Source: Macrostomum lignano
Lineage: Eukaryota
Reading direction: 5' to 3'
Length of the DNA stretch: 30,409 bases
Assembly: GCA_002269645.1 (NCBI GenBank)
Contig: NIVC01004947.1
Coordinates: 1-30,409, forward strand
A program made the translations under genes and the position numbers. Positions 12,815-24,729 of this stretch are shown here, piece after piece (the first letter of the stretch is position 1; every line of letters begins with the position of its first letter). The notes under the pieces are model-generated. The model searched no databases and was not told the origin of the DNA. It worked only from the letters and a program-made list of their open reading frames with translations.

Positions 12815-14859
12815 ATGGACCAGAAAGAGGACTCAGAAGCGACAGTCGATCTGAAGCAAACATTCTGCTTCGACTTTCTATCCGGGCCAGAAACTACGGA
12901 GGCGGCCAGTCACAGCAATCAGAGCAACCGCACCGACATCATGAAGAAGTACTTAGTCTACATGGAGCTACCCAAGATTAGAGTGAGTGTCTGATATCTC
13001 AACTAATCTACTGGTAGTAGTTTAGATTTAACAAAAACTTTTGGTATTAAAAAGATTTTCATCACTGTTCTTACCAAGCCATTTTTATCTACACTGTACA
13101 GATTGGAGACTACAGAAAGTCGAGCTGCGTCTCCGGCAACGTGATCCGCTTTCACTTTCTGCTTCGTATCGCTCGCGATGAAGAGAATATGGTGCTGCGA
13201 CTGCAACCCATCAAGGCCTACAAAACGCCCGTGGTGAACTTCGCCGTCATCCATCGGCCTTTCCTTGACGATGACAGCGCTAAAGGTCCAATTCCAAAGA
13301 GTCCCGGTGTGCGCAGCCCGCTGATCAACTACGAAGGCGAAGAGACCAGTCCAGGAGTGCCCGACAGTCGTACCGATGATATCATTGAAGACTTTCAAAG
13401 CGACAAAGCTCAAGCGCCTAGTGTCGAAGATGAACAAAAGCAACAACAGGGACAGAGGATATCAAGCGATGCTAGCATCGGTAAATCTCAACCTAAACTG
13501 AAAGAAAGCCCGAAGAGGCGGTCCAGTCAGGCGAGTATCGACAAAGACAAAGTACAGCAGAAATCCTCAGAGAGCCCGAAGAGGCGGTCCAGTCAGGCGA
13601 GTATCGACAAAGACAAAGTACAGCAGAAATCCTCCGAGAGCCCGAAGAGGCGGTCCAGTCAGGCGAGTATCGACAAAGACAAAGTACAGCAGAAATCCTC
13701 CGAGAGCCCGAAGAGGCGGTCCAGTCAGGCGAGTATCGACAAAGACAAAGTACAGCAGAAATCCTCCGAGAGCCCGAAGAGGCGGTCTAGTCAGGCCAGT
13801 ATCGACAATGCCAAAGTACAGCAGAAATCCTCCGAGAGCCCGAAGAGGCGGTCCAGTCAGGCGAGTATCGACAAAGCTCAACAAGAGCAGGCAAAGAGTC
13901 CCCAGAAACATTCGAGTTCAGAAAAGACCCAGACCCAGCCCTCAGAGAGTCCCAAGCGACGATCTAGTCAGGCAAGCACCGACGAGCAGCAGCGGTTAGA
14001 AGTAGAAGCGCCCGTGAGGCGGCCAAGCCAGACAAGTCTCGACCAGTCTAAAATGGCGATCGTTGATCAGAGACGCTCGAGCCAATCAAGCACAGGTGCT
14101 CAGCAGCAGCGATTTGAAGTTGAGGCGCCCGTTAGGCGGCCAAGCCAAGCTAGCGAAGATCTGCTTCAGCAGGCCGGGGCAGCAAGGCAGCAAGAGAGTC
14201 AAACCAGTTCGGAAAATCGTCAGTCTCAGGTACCGGAGACGTCTCAACAGAGACCTGCCCAGGGCATCTTGGCTGAGTCTCCAAAAAAGGCCCGACTTGA
14301 GATCGAGTCACCGACACCTCGTCAGGACATTTCCCCAGCTAGACTTCTCTCAGACGATAATGCAACCACTCGCACAGATACGACCGGTCGTCAAAAGCAG
14401 CGCCGTCCAAAGAAGTATTTTGTCTACTGCGAGATACCGAAGATCCTCCTTGGCGACTATCGCAACTCCAGCGTCATCTGCTCTGAGATTATCCACGCGC
14501 ATTTCCTGATGAAAATTGCCAAAGATGAAGAAAGCAACCAGCCGCGTCTGAAACCGATCAAGCGGTATCACCGGCCAAAAGTGAACTTTGCAGTCATTCA
14601 CCGGTCGCTACTGGTTGACGACGACGCAATCGGGCCGATTCCTCGCAGCCCGAACGTTCGGTCACCGATGATCCGCGAGGACGAGCCCGAGGAGGAAGAC
14701 GACGTTCCGCCAGACAACGTGATGCACGCCACAATGGGCTTCTGCTACGGTCGCCTGCCCCGCTCTAAGTACGAGCTGATCACGCAGTGGTCGTTGGTCA
14801 ATGGAGACGGTGGTGGACCGCCACTTCCTGAGCTCGTGCTCAGCAAGGCCGATGTGTGA
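12815..14859 (+). CDS. Two-exon orphan gene, 641 aa: duplicated 88-aa domain flanking an S/Q/R-rich tandem repeat
   Basis: Exon 1 is 12815-12982 (donor AGA|GTGAGT), the intron is 12983-13101 (TGTACAG|) and exon 2 is 13102-14859. The internal duplicate independently supports the splice: PKIR|IGDYRKSS aligns without gaps to PKILLGDYRNSS. Confidence 0.88.
13504..13880 (+). repeat. 66-bp coding tandem repeat (ESPKRRSSQASIDKDKVQQKSS), 5 full copies plus 1 partial
   Basis: Units start at 13504, 13570, 13636, 13702, 13768 and 13834 and are nearly identical at nucleotide level. Confidence 0.95.
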
Positions 14860-15451
14860 TTTTGTCAAGTGCCATTCGGCGTGCTTAGCGGTGAAATCAA
14901 TAACCACGGCGTTCATTTTTGTTCAGCGTCAGTCATCGAGCGACCGATTTTTCAGTTTTACTTCTTTGGAACTCTTCAAACATTTTTTTCGTCTTTACAG
15001 ACAAGTTTTTTTCGGCCTGCGCACTGCAGGTGCAATCAATCGCTCAGAAATTTCCTCTGCAATTTATACTAATCCTCTTTTACTACCTGTGCCCATACAT
15101 TGTTTAGACAGAAGCGACCACTAAATTAAACCGGATTTTTTATTTCAACTATACACACTTGCTGAAACAAAATAAGTCGTTGATGCATCATTTTCACCTA
15201 AATAGGCCTTGCACTTTCTATTCCGTCAAATTTTAACCAGCCTTGATTACTTAGATTATTTAAATTACTTATTAGCCGATAAGTAGCTCGGATAATTAGG
15301 TCCGTAAACTACTATTTTTTAGATCAATCCGATATTCTATTCGATAAATTCTTTATTCGATAAGATTGAATAGCTACAAAGAAAACTTTAAATTACAGCG
15401 TGTCAATGTCCACATGGACTTGATTATACATCATTCTAGGAAATCGTAATA

Positions 15452-16706
15452 TTGGGTTGTAGCAAAAGTTTCGAGCGTTTTCTTTAAACTTCTAGCGCTT
15501 TCTCTAGAGAAATTTCTGGAATGTTCTATGGGGGTATACGAGTATAAGAGTGACCAGTGCGCACTACCGTATCCACTTCATATGCTCAACCTTCAGCTAC
15601 AATGGTTACGAAACAACACGATCAACGTCACCTCATTCGAGCATCTTTACTTTTCTGCTTCAAGCTGGGCAACTCAGCAGCTGAGGTGCATCGCAAGTTA
15701 TGTCAGGCATGTGCCGAAGACTTTCTGAGCGATCAACGCTGCCATGTCTGGTTTGCGCAGTTCAAGAAGGGTACGACGAATTACTCGAAGGCAAGTAGCT
15801 CTCCGGTTACCCACCTGAGCTCGATATCCAGCAGCTTGCCCTGCTTTTCGAAGCTGAGCCATATCTTACAACACGTGAAATTGCAGAGTACTTTAAAGTC
15901 TCTGCCATGACCACCGACCGCGGCCTTCATCAACTCGGCAAAGTGCACAAGCTTGGTCGATGGGTTCCACACGAACTTTCCCGTGAGAACAAGGATCAGC
16001 GCATCATCACATGCACCCAACTCCTGTCCTATCGTCGCAATCCAGGATTGCTCGATACTGGTTACTGGCGATGAGGAGTGGGTGGCCAGTTTCAACACCA
16101 CGCGCAAGCGCCAGTGGCTTTGCATGGCGGATCAGCCACAGCCAACGCCCAAACCTGATCTACACCAAAAGAAGGTCATGATGTGAGTCTGGTGGAATTC
16201 CAGTGGAATCGTCCACTGGGAGCTCCTGCCTCGTAACACCAGCATCACTGCCGATGTCTACTGTGAGCAGCTGGACAGACTGCATCAGGCTTTTGTCAAG
16301 CAGCAGGGCGCTGGCGCTAAAATTCGATTTCTTCACGACAACGCCCGACCTCGTGTGGCGAAGAAGACACTACAGAAGCGGCTCGAGCTAGGCTGGGAAG
16401 TGATGCCCCACCCTCCCTACTCGCCTGATCTTGCGCCATCTGACTACCATCTGTTCTGCTCTATGCAGAGCCACATAAATGGTGTGACGTTAAAAGACGA
16501 GGAGGAGGTGACAGCCTGGCTCGAGCAACACTTCAAGTCGCTGCCGCCTGAGTTCTTTAAGAAGGGCATCCACGATCTCATCGCCAGATGGCAACAGGTC
16601 ATTGATCAGGATGGTGATTATATCCTGGAATAGAAACTGTTAGGACTGGAAAAATGAATTCAAAGTTTGAGTGCAGAAACGCTCAGAACTTTTGTTACAA
16701 CAACAA
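15452..16706 (+). mobile_element. Mariner (Tc1/mariner, DD34D) DNA transposon, full length and inactive
   Basis: About 30-bp imperfect TIRs (left TTGGGTTGTAGCAAAAGTTTCGAGCGTTT; right reverse complement TTGTTGTTGTAACAAAAGTTCTGAGCGTTT), with TA flanking both ends (15450-15451 and 16707-16708). Length is about 1.25 kb. Confidence 0.93.
15602..16633 (+). pseudogene. Mariner transposase pseudogene
   Basis: N-terminal HTH-like region (LLFCFKLGNSAAEVHRKLC...WFAQFKKG), WVPHEL, TGDEEW, HDNA and YSPDLAPSDY, with exactly 34 residues between the second and third catalytic Asp. Frameshifts occur near 15780 and 16055, and a premature TGA lies at 16184-16186. Confidence 0.93.
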
Positions 16707-18583
16707 TAACTTAAGTGAGCATTAAATGTAGTGAATTTTTTTAATGAGCCCAGTCTTCAGTTTAACACTATATATATGCGATATCAATCTGACGAACTTA
16801 AGGGAACTTCAACAGCCAATAGAATGGAACGGGGGTACCAGGATTCCAAAAGTAAAAAACGAGAAAAACAAACAGTAACTCGGTCAGATTGGCACTCCAT
16901 CATTATTTTCTTTCCGATCCATGAATACACACAGTTAACAAAATTTTTTGACTTTAGCAACACAGGAGCAGCAAGTAGCTTTCACTATTAGTTGACAGTA
17001 GATAGCAAACAGTTAAATTAGTAATAGTCAGAGTTAGTTTTTACAGTTACACTTTGTTAGTGCAACACATAGCAGCGAAGTTAGCAGCTCAAACCGGAAA
17101 GTGTGTGACGTCACATTTTTTCAAAAAGCGAACCACGACTGGCAACTATTCTGCATTTAAAACAAAATTTAATATTTCAATATATACTTACCTTGCCTAA
17201 TTGATAGTGGCAAATTCCAAAAATGTCTAAAACTGCTAACTACTTTCTAAATAGATACTTTAGAAATAGTTTTAAACAGAATAAGTAGATAACTCGTGGA
17301 AACTATTTGCATCCAATTCTCACCAAAACTATTTTTGGCGATTTTAATTTTTCATCACATTAAACACCCACTGAGCGTCAAGTCAATGTTTCAGAAAAAT
17401 CGGAATTATTTTGTCGACCTAAACTTAAAGAAGCTTGATACTCCGTCTATGAACCCGTCACGGACTACTTAAGTACTACTTATCTACTAGTGGTCCTTGG
17501 AACCCGTCTGTGTGCCGAATTCTGCAATGCTAAGGCTACTCAAGGATTTGTGCAAAACTGCATGGTTGCCGCGTGAGCTGACGGTGGAGCACAGGACGAG
17601 CTGATTGAGCGCTATTTATCAAGTGGTTCAAAATCGTTCATAACTTTGGAAAAATGCAGCCAAGCCTAAAATTTTATGGAACCACGACACTTCAAAGTCT
17701 ACATATTTAAAGTTTCATTCAAATCAGACGCTCTGGACGTGAGCAATAGTACAGAAAGTTTTGCAGCTTTATCTTGGACACACAATATCTTGGAGACGTC
17801 CAACTGATACGTGTCTAGGAAGTTGCTGGCGCATCACAAAACACTTGTCTGCAGCGTCACGGATATCGATACGTATTTTTGTCTTAAGGGTCTGAACTAC
17901 GGTGAAAATGCACATACAGGATTGGGAGTCTGAAAAAGCTGTGCACGGATGCATCATCTTTGGCTTTTATGTTTGGCGTCCTTTTACTTCTAATTTATTA
18001 CATGTACGTGTCAACAGTTCTCAACAGTATACGAATTCAAACTCCGACTCCAAATACTCCGAATGGAAAGAAGATTGTCAGTCGTGCACTCGAACTTCTC
18101 TGAGCAATATAAATATTGCCGTGTATTTGATCATAGACTGATGCGTTAGGCAAAATTTTCTGGTCAAAGTAAATATTTCAGTCTTCGGATTGACTTCAGT
18201 TCTCAAGCAGTTTGATCTTCGCAGTGCTCAGCTCCTGAAGACAACACACATCGGTTCGAAACACGAATTGGCGAATTTTGCTGATTTCTCTCAGAGTCTG
18301 GAATTCAAAATAAAAAAATGTTTTGCGCTGATTGTCAAAGTAGTGCCAGAAGAAATCAGGACATATCTGATCAAAATTTTCAGAAAAGTAAATGTCCAAA
18401 ATCTTGTTTGAAACAAACAACCAGGAATAGCAAATGGCGTAATGGCACTTTATACACATACGAGTACTTTTTGAATCTGCGAATCCGGGATCCTCATCCT
18501 TGATCAAAATTCGAACTATAGGACCCAGATTCTAATTTAGAATTTAAATCCGGAATCCTCATCCAGGACTGAATTCAGAAGTG

Positions 18584-18892
18584 CTATGAGCAGAGTATAA
18601 AGGAGCAACAGAGCAGCATCACCCACCGCCAGACGTATCGATCCTTTTTCGACGCTCGTCGCTCAAGGTGTCGATAGCGTTTGAGCAGCGTCTCGCGAGC
18701 AATTTCGTCATCATAGGGCTCGACGGTCTCGAAGCGCCGTTTCAGCGTGAACATGTTGCTCCAGGGACTCTCGTCACCTCCGTCGTTCGCGGGGACGGCA
18801 TTGACAACGGCGTCCTTGGCAACGAGGCTGCCGGCAAGGAGCACAGCGCCGGACAGGACCAGCAGGGAGGCGAAGGCGTTGTTGCCGAGCAT
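18584..18892 (-). CDS. Candidate secreted neuropeptide/prohormone precursor (3' end uncertain)
   Basis: A non-coding upstream exon ends at 19624 (AAG|GTGAGT, with an in-frame TAA upstream). The intron is 19623-18901 (TCTTCCTGTCCTCAG|) and the ATG is at 18892. The product has a signal-peptide-like N-terminus (MLGNNAFASLLVLSGAVLLAGSLVA), an acidic spacer and basic cleavage sites KRR, KR, RR and KK. A likely donor CG|GTGGGT at 18626 means the stop at 18584 may be intronic. Confidence 0.6.
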   Translation of the reverse strand: MLGNNAFASLLVLSGAVLLAGSLVAKDAVVNAVPANDGGDESPWSNMFTLKRRFETVEPYDDEIARETLLKRYRHLERRASKKDRYVWRWVMLLCCSFILCS

Positions 18893-18929
18893 GAGTTCCA
18901 CTGAGGACAGGAAGATTGCGATTGGATAG

Positions 18930-19536
<607 letters not shown>

Positions 19537-19542
19537 GATATT

Positions 19543-19543
<1 letters not shown>

Positions 19544-19581
<38 letters not shown>
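19544..19581. repeat. (TA)n microsatellite
   Basis: A TA dinucleotide run immediately after the TATC array. Confidence 0.9.
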
Positions 19582-19583
<2 letters not shown>

Positions 19584-20839
19584 ATTTATCTATTAATAAA
19601 CTATTCATACTGTACAGACTCACCTTCTAATTAGGAGTTTTCAGTTTTACGAATATATCAGCTGGTTTTGGTGAAAGTCACTGCGAACAGCTACAGCTTG
19701 ATCCTCTGTTCAGTGCCTTATATAGCAACAAGCTACCAGTATTCGAGCTTGAGCTCCCATTGGCTGCTCGGAAGGGCCCTGGCCCGTGTCTAATTCGAGA
19801 TTCAGTCTCGAATGGATCACGCAGCGAGTTTTAGCCCCAAAATTTGAATAAATATTTCAGAGCAAGCAGCTCGCGAGTTTGACCCAGTGACACCCCAAAT
19901 ATGGCCCTTGAAATTCTTGAGGCCTCATCACTTGAAACCCCTCGAATTCCCACGGGATTGAGGAGCAGAACAAAAAGTTTATCCAGAGTGAAACTTTGAC
20001 TCCGTCACTGTGGAGCTGACGTATTTCACCGATACGTGGAATCTTGAATGCGTTTTGTTCGTTTGCATAATTAATTTTGTGGGCATGTCAAGCGTGCTCA
20101 GCCTGGGCTGAGTTGGCTCAAATGTGGCTCTGGATGGCTAATCGAGTTTCTGGAGCGAGACTCGGACTGTGTGGCAACCAAAGCCAGCGAAGCTGGAATG
20201 GCGATGCGGCACAAATGTGTCGCGAATTGCGAAGGCCCTGCTGGTTGGCTTTGATTGACCTATAGGGATACGACCAAGGAGCGGTAGAAGTTGCAGTTGT
20301 ATCGCGACTTAAGTAACACCCATGATCAATGGAAAATTGTTTAAAGGCTCAACTAAAACTTTCATTGGTCCTTTGGCGTGACCGTGGATAGACCTACAAC
20401 ACCTTCGAAGGAGGACAACGTCCCACAATCAGCGTGGAGGCAATTCATTAAGGAAACCACGCCACATGTTGACTTCATGTTACTGATAATCAATCACCGC
20501 AATAAACTGTTTTCAAATTTGTTTGACACACAAAAATAAGATGGTTCCAAAATCATGTTTCCTCCCTGAGAGAAACAGAGCGCTTATTACAAAAGTGGAT
20601 GACTAGTACAAGTTTTCTCTCGCTCAAGCTGTCTCTTCGCACGCAATTCGTCAGTTTACAACTTAATTTATGCGAGCTATAACCACCTTATTTTGAGACA
20701 GCACTTCTCTGCAAGTCGCTTTTAAACCTAAATGATACTGCAGACTAATTTCGACTATTTTAATTGGCTTAGCCAAAAAATTGTTTAAAAGACTTTTGTC
20801 AATCAGGGACGTGGTAAGGGGTAGGGCTACCAAAACTAT

Positions 20840-21037
20840 GGCGCCCCTTGGTGCTGGCGCCTCTTGTTACTGGCGCCTCTTGGTGCTGGCGCCTCTTGGT
20901 GCTGGCGCCTCTTGGTGCTGGCGCCTCTTGTTACTGGCGCCTCTTGGTGCTGGCGCCTCTTGGTGCTGGCGCCTCTTGGTGCTGGCGCCTCTTGGTGCTG
21001 GCGCCTCTTGGTGCTGGCGCCTCTTGGTGCTGGCGCC
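20840..21037 (-). repeat. 16-bp minisatellite (GGCGCCTCTTGGTGCT), 12 units; inverted relative of the 8761-10296 array
   Basis: The reverse complement AGCACCAAGAGGCGCC differs by one base from the GCC variant of the first array, and the first unit (GGCGCCCCTTGGTGCT) is an exact match. Confidence 0.96.
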
Positions 21038-23083
21038 ACACCCCATAGTCCAAGCTATGTCAACACAAAAATTACCTTAGCAAAAATATTTCAGTAGGCG
21101 AAATGACAGAACATACACAGCAAGGACCCCCAAAAGTTACCATTTCGCAAAATTTTATTTCCTTACATACTACCCCTCTGATGGCGTTCTTAGTAGTTCG
21201 ACTAGCAATCTAGTGCCCCCCTTCGGGGCAGCCAATAAGCAAGGGACGAAAATTATTTATTTATGAATCCTTTTTGCCTCGACATCGAACCAATTCTCCC
21301 AGTAAGAAGCCTTGACATCTCAGCAATCTTCAAATAAGTTAATTTTTGTATATTGAAGCCAAAGGGAGCTATAGGCCTGATCTAAGACGAAGTCGGAGAA
21401 GGGACACACATTGTTTTGCAGCAGCGTCTCATGTAAAAAACCTATGCCACGTCGCTCACCCGTGCCGACCGAAAGTGACTAGATTCCCTTAAAAATATTG
21501 AGGCTTGCATGGTTGCCAATGGTAATTCGCAAGAGTTTTTGCTATTGTCTAATAATTTAAACCGGCTTTAGTGTGTCTGTGGCCAATAATATAGTAGTAC
21601 AGTGGTGTATTAGCACCCTTAAAGTATGGCTATATCAATGATATTGTGCCATAGACATTTTTGCCAAAGCTACGCTCGTATCAATTGGAAGGTAATCGTG
21701 ACGGGGCGGAGCCATACTCACTACCATAGACATATTTTTGTTTTGCCCATAGAGTAAATATAGAGTTTGGCCATAGACAGTTGGTTGTATCAACAAATTC
21801 TGGTGCTTCTCTCTACCGCTCGATTAGCAAGCATTATTTAATGGGCCATCTATGGCTATTAACAGGCACCGATATTGGCCTACCAGACAAAAGGGCCATG
21901 CTATTGAACATAATCAGTAGTGTTGAGTCAGGCTGTAGCAAATTTCATAGTGTATTAAATGACCCCAGAAATTTAGTTTTTGGCCGCTTAACCACCCACT
22001 GCTTGGAACCAAAGAGTCTTTCGAACGAAAAATCATTTTATATTTTCAAAACTAAAAAAATAATGTTAGCTAGATAGTTATAGAGAAAAATATTCTATTA
22101 ATTAATTGCTCGTTTAGGCTTCTAAATTATCTGAAGCTAATGCAACTTTTCATCTTGCAAGTCATGCACTCTCCAGTTGCCTGAGACAAAATTGATTGCT
22201 ACCTAGGGGGCTGGGGGCAGAGCAGACTATTGTTCCCAACTCTGCAGGTACTTCTGGGAAAACTGCGGGAGCCTCTTCACCCGCAGCCTTCCCGTCGCCT
22301 GCATCGCCTTAGCCCTGTCGTCACGCTGCGCGCCCGCGGGAAGAAACGGCAGGCTTTAAAGCCTAATTTCTTTAGCAGGCAAAGCTCTTCACGCAACAAT
22401 TGCCTGGCATTGTCTGTCAGGTTGTTGCCATTCCTCAGCAGCTGCGACTCAGGTGCCGATAGAGCCGGCTGCTTTAAAAAATAGAATCACTCCGTACTGA
22501 GAAACGCGCGTGTGAGATGATTTTTTTAGAATCTCTTTACTCGCGTGGCTGCAACGACAGGTGCCTGTATTGTAGCAGCCAGTTTTGTTATTGGTAGCGG
22601 TTGCTATTGACAACCGAAATGCTGCGCGCGACTGCCACCTCCTCCGCCCCTGTGCAGCCTGGACTGAAACCATCTTGAATGAAGAGAGGGAGGACATGCT
22701 GAGGGAGTGAGGGAGGAACCAAAGAGAGAGAGGGGGGGGGCAGAGAAACGGGGGCCACAGGATTGCACTGGTGGACTAGCAACTCAAGTCATCTGCTTCA
22801 GGTGCGCCATTCCCAAGCATTAATTAGCAGTTGCGGTGGGAGAGAATATGCTACTGGCATGGACTGGGAGAGTTGGACGGCTGTTGCAGCAGTTTTGGGT
22901 GGTTGGCAACAAAACGGATGGGGTGTTTTTTCAACTGGCAATATTAAGCGCGCGGTGGCCCGAGAGCCAGGCTGCATCCAGCTGCCTTGTCGTTAGTTTG
23001 AGCTAAAAAAGAGCCAGCAATCATTAACCGCAGGGTAATAAAATTGACTAGCAGGACTCAGCCAGATCTGTACCGCCTGAGCC

Positions 23084-24671
23084 ATGCCGGAGCCCGCAGC
23101 TGCTGCAAACGACGCCGCTAGCAAGCGGTCGACCTCCCCAATGCCGCCAGTTAGAAACTCCAGCGGAGGCGCGTCGGGGCGCGGCGGTGGTGGCGGTGGC
23201 GGCGGCATCACCGAAGAAGTCGACGTGGTATTTCTGGAGAGTTTGGACAAGAAGTACGAGTGCCCCGTGTGCGGCCAGGTGCTGCGCTATCCTGTACAGT
23301 TCGAGGAGTGCGGACACCGCTGCTGCAGCTCCTGCCTGCCCGACCTACTGAGGTTGGTCTTTGTCAGTTTGGTTAATATTTGGTTTGGTTGGAAGTTAAT
23401 ATGCTGGATGGGAATAATTATTTGATGAACAGACTGTCTTACTGTCTTAGCCCATTTGCTTTTCACCGAAGGGTGGAGAATAATCAATAAAGTATTATTA
23501 ATAAAATCTTTTCAATTGGCAGGAAAAGGCAGAGGTTGTTATTAATACACATTAATACTTTCTTTAAGCTGCCTTTTCAACAATTGCACGCACTGTAGAA
23601 GAAGTAGAGTGACCTGTAGGGCTTGTGTAGGTCTACAGTTAAATTGAATTAGTCCACAACTTGAAGCTTTACCACTAATATAAGCTGCCTCTGACCTCTG
23701 TCACAGGGTCTTTAAAGTTCTGCGAGTCTTGAACGGACTTAACCCCTTAACTCTTCAAAAAACTGACAGGGTGGCGCCTCGATGCCCGATCGACCAGCAA
23801 ACAATCGACAAGGACAAGGTGTACGCTGACAAAGCCTTCCAGAAGGAGACGGACAGCCTGGGCGTTAAATGCTCGTTTTTTGAGCGCGGCTGCAACTGGA
23901 CCGGCGTGCTCTCTGAGCTGATGGTGAGCTATTAGATGAGCAAATTATCTGTTAGCTTTTCTGTCCAAGACAACGGATTGTCATGCTGATCCAGGGTCTG
24001 TGGTGTTTGAGCGGACAAACGCGACGATTCGTGGAGTTTACGACTCCAAATTGGGACTTTAAAATGAGCTTACATGTAGTAAGGGATAGCCTGATAATAT
24101 TCAGACGAATAGGGACTTAAAAAGGCCCCATATAATTTGGGTTAAACGGTGACGAACAAAAAATTTGACAGGCACCAAAATTAGGGACTTAAAACCTGCC
24201 TTTAAATGTCAAAATGGGACCTAAAGAAATATCCAAATGTAACCTACTCGTATGTAGGGTTGAGAGAGTTTAAAAGACAAAGGTTTCCGAAAAAGAGAGT
24301 GAGGAAATAAACTCACCAAGTACTATTTCCGTCCATTTACAATCCACAGTCGCATATCGAAGGCTGCGACCGCATGCTGACCACATGCCCCATGCGCTGC
24401 GGTGTGGAGTTTCAAAAACGTTTCCTGGAAAAGCACCGATTGGAGGACTGCCCTAAACGGGACATTCAATGCCAGTTCTGCGAGATTGGCCTCGTGGCCG
24501 AACAGGAGGCCGGGCATCTCGAGACCTGCCCGAAGTTTTTGGTGCCCTGCCCGAACAAGTGCAAGAAGAAGGAAGTGGCCAGGGAGATGATGCAGGAGCA
24601 CCTGGAGAATGAGTGCATGCGGCAGGACCTCTGCTGCCCGTTTTCCACGTACGGCTGCGACTTCAGCGTAA

Positions 24672-24729
<58 letters not shown>

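Noticed and set aside
13003-14916. Minus-strand and alternative-frame ORFs over the dumbbell gene
   Set aside because: Shadows of a GC-rich repetitive CDS, with no independent support.
17769-17880. Minus-strand ORF as the downstream exon of the peptide precursor
   Set aside because: The phase-2 join gives only RPLRQKYVSISVTLQTSVL-stop with no peptide hallmarks, and other joins need weaker donors. This is unresolved.
20781-21097. GAGASWCWRLLVLAPL repeat ORFs
   Set aside because: Translation of the 16-bp minisatellite.
21640-21860. Repeated CCATAGA(C/G) motifs
   Set aside because: Only 4-5 short, irregularly spaced copies with no termini or TSD, which is too weak to call an element.
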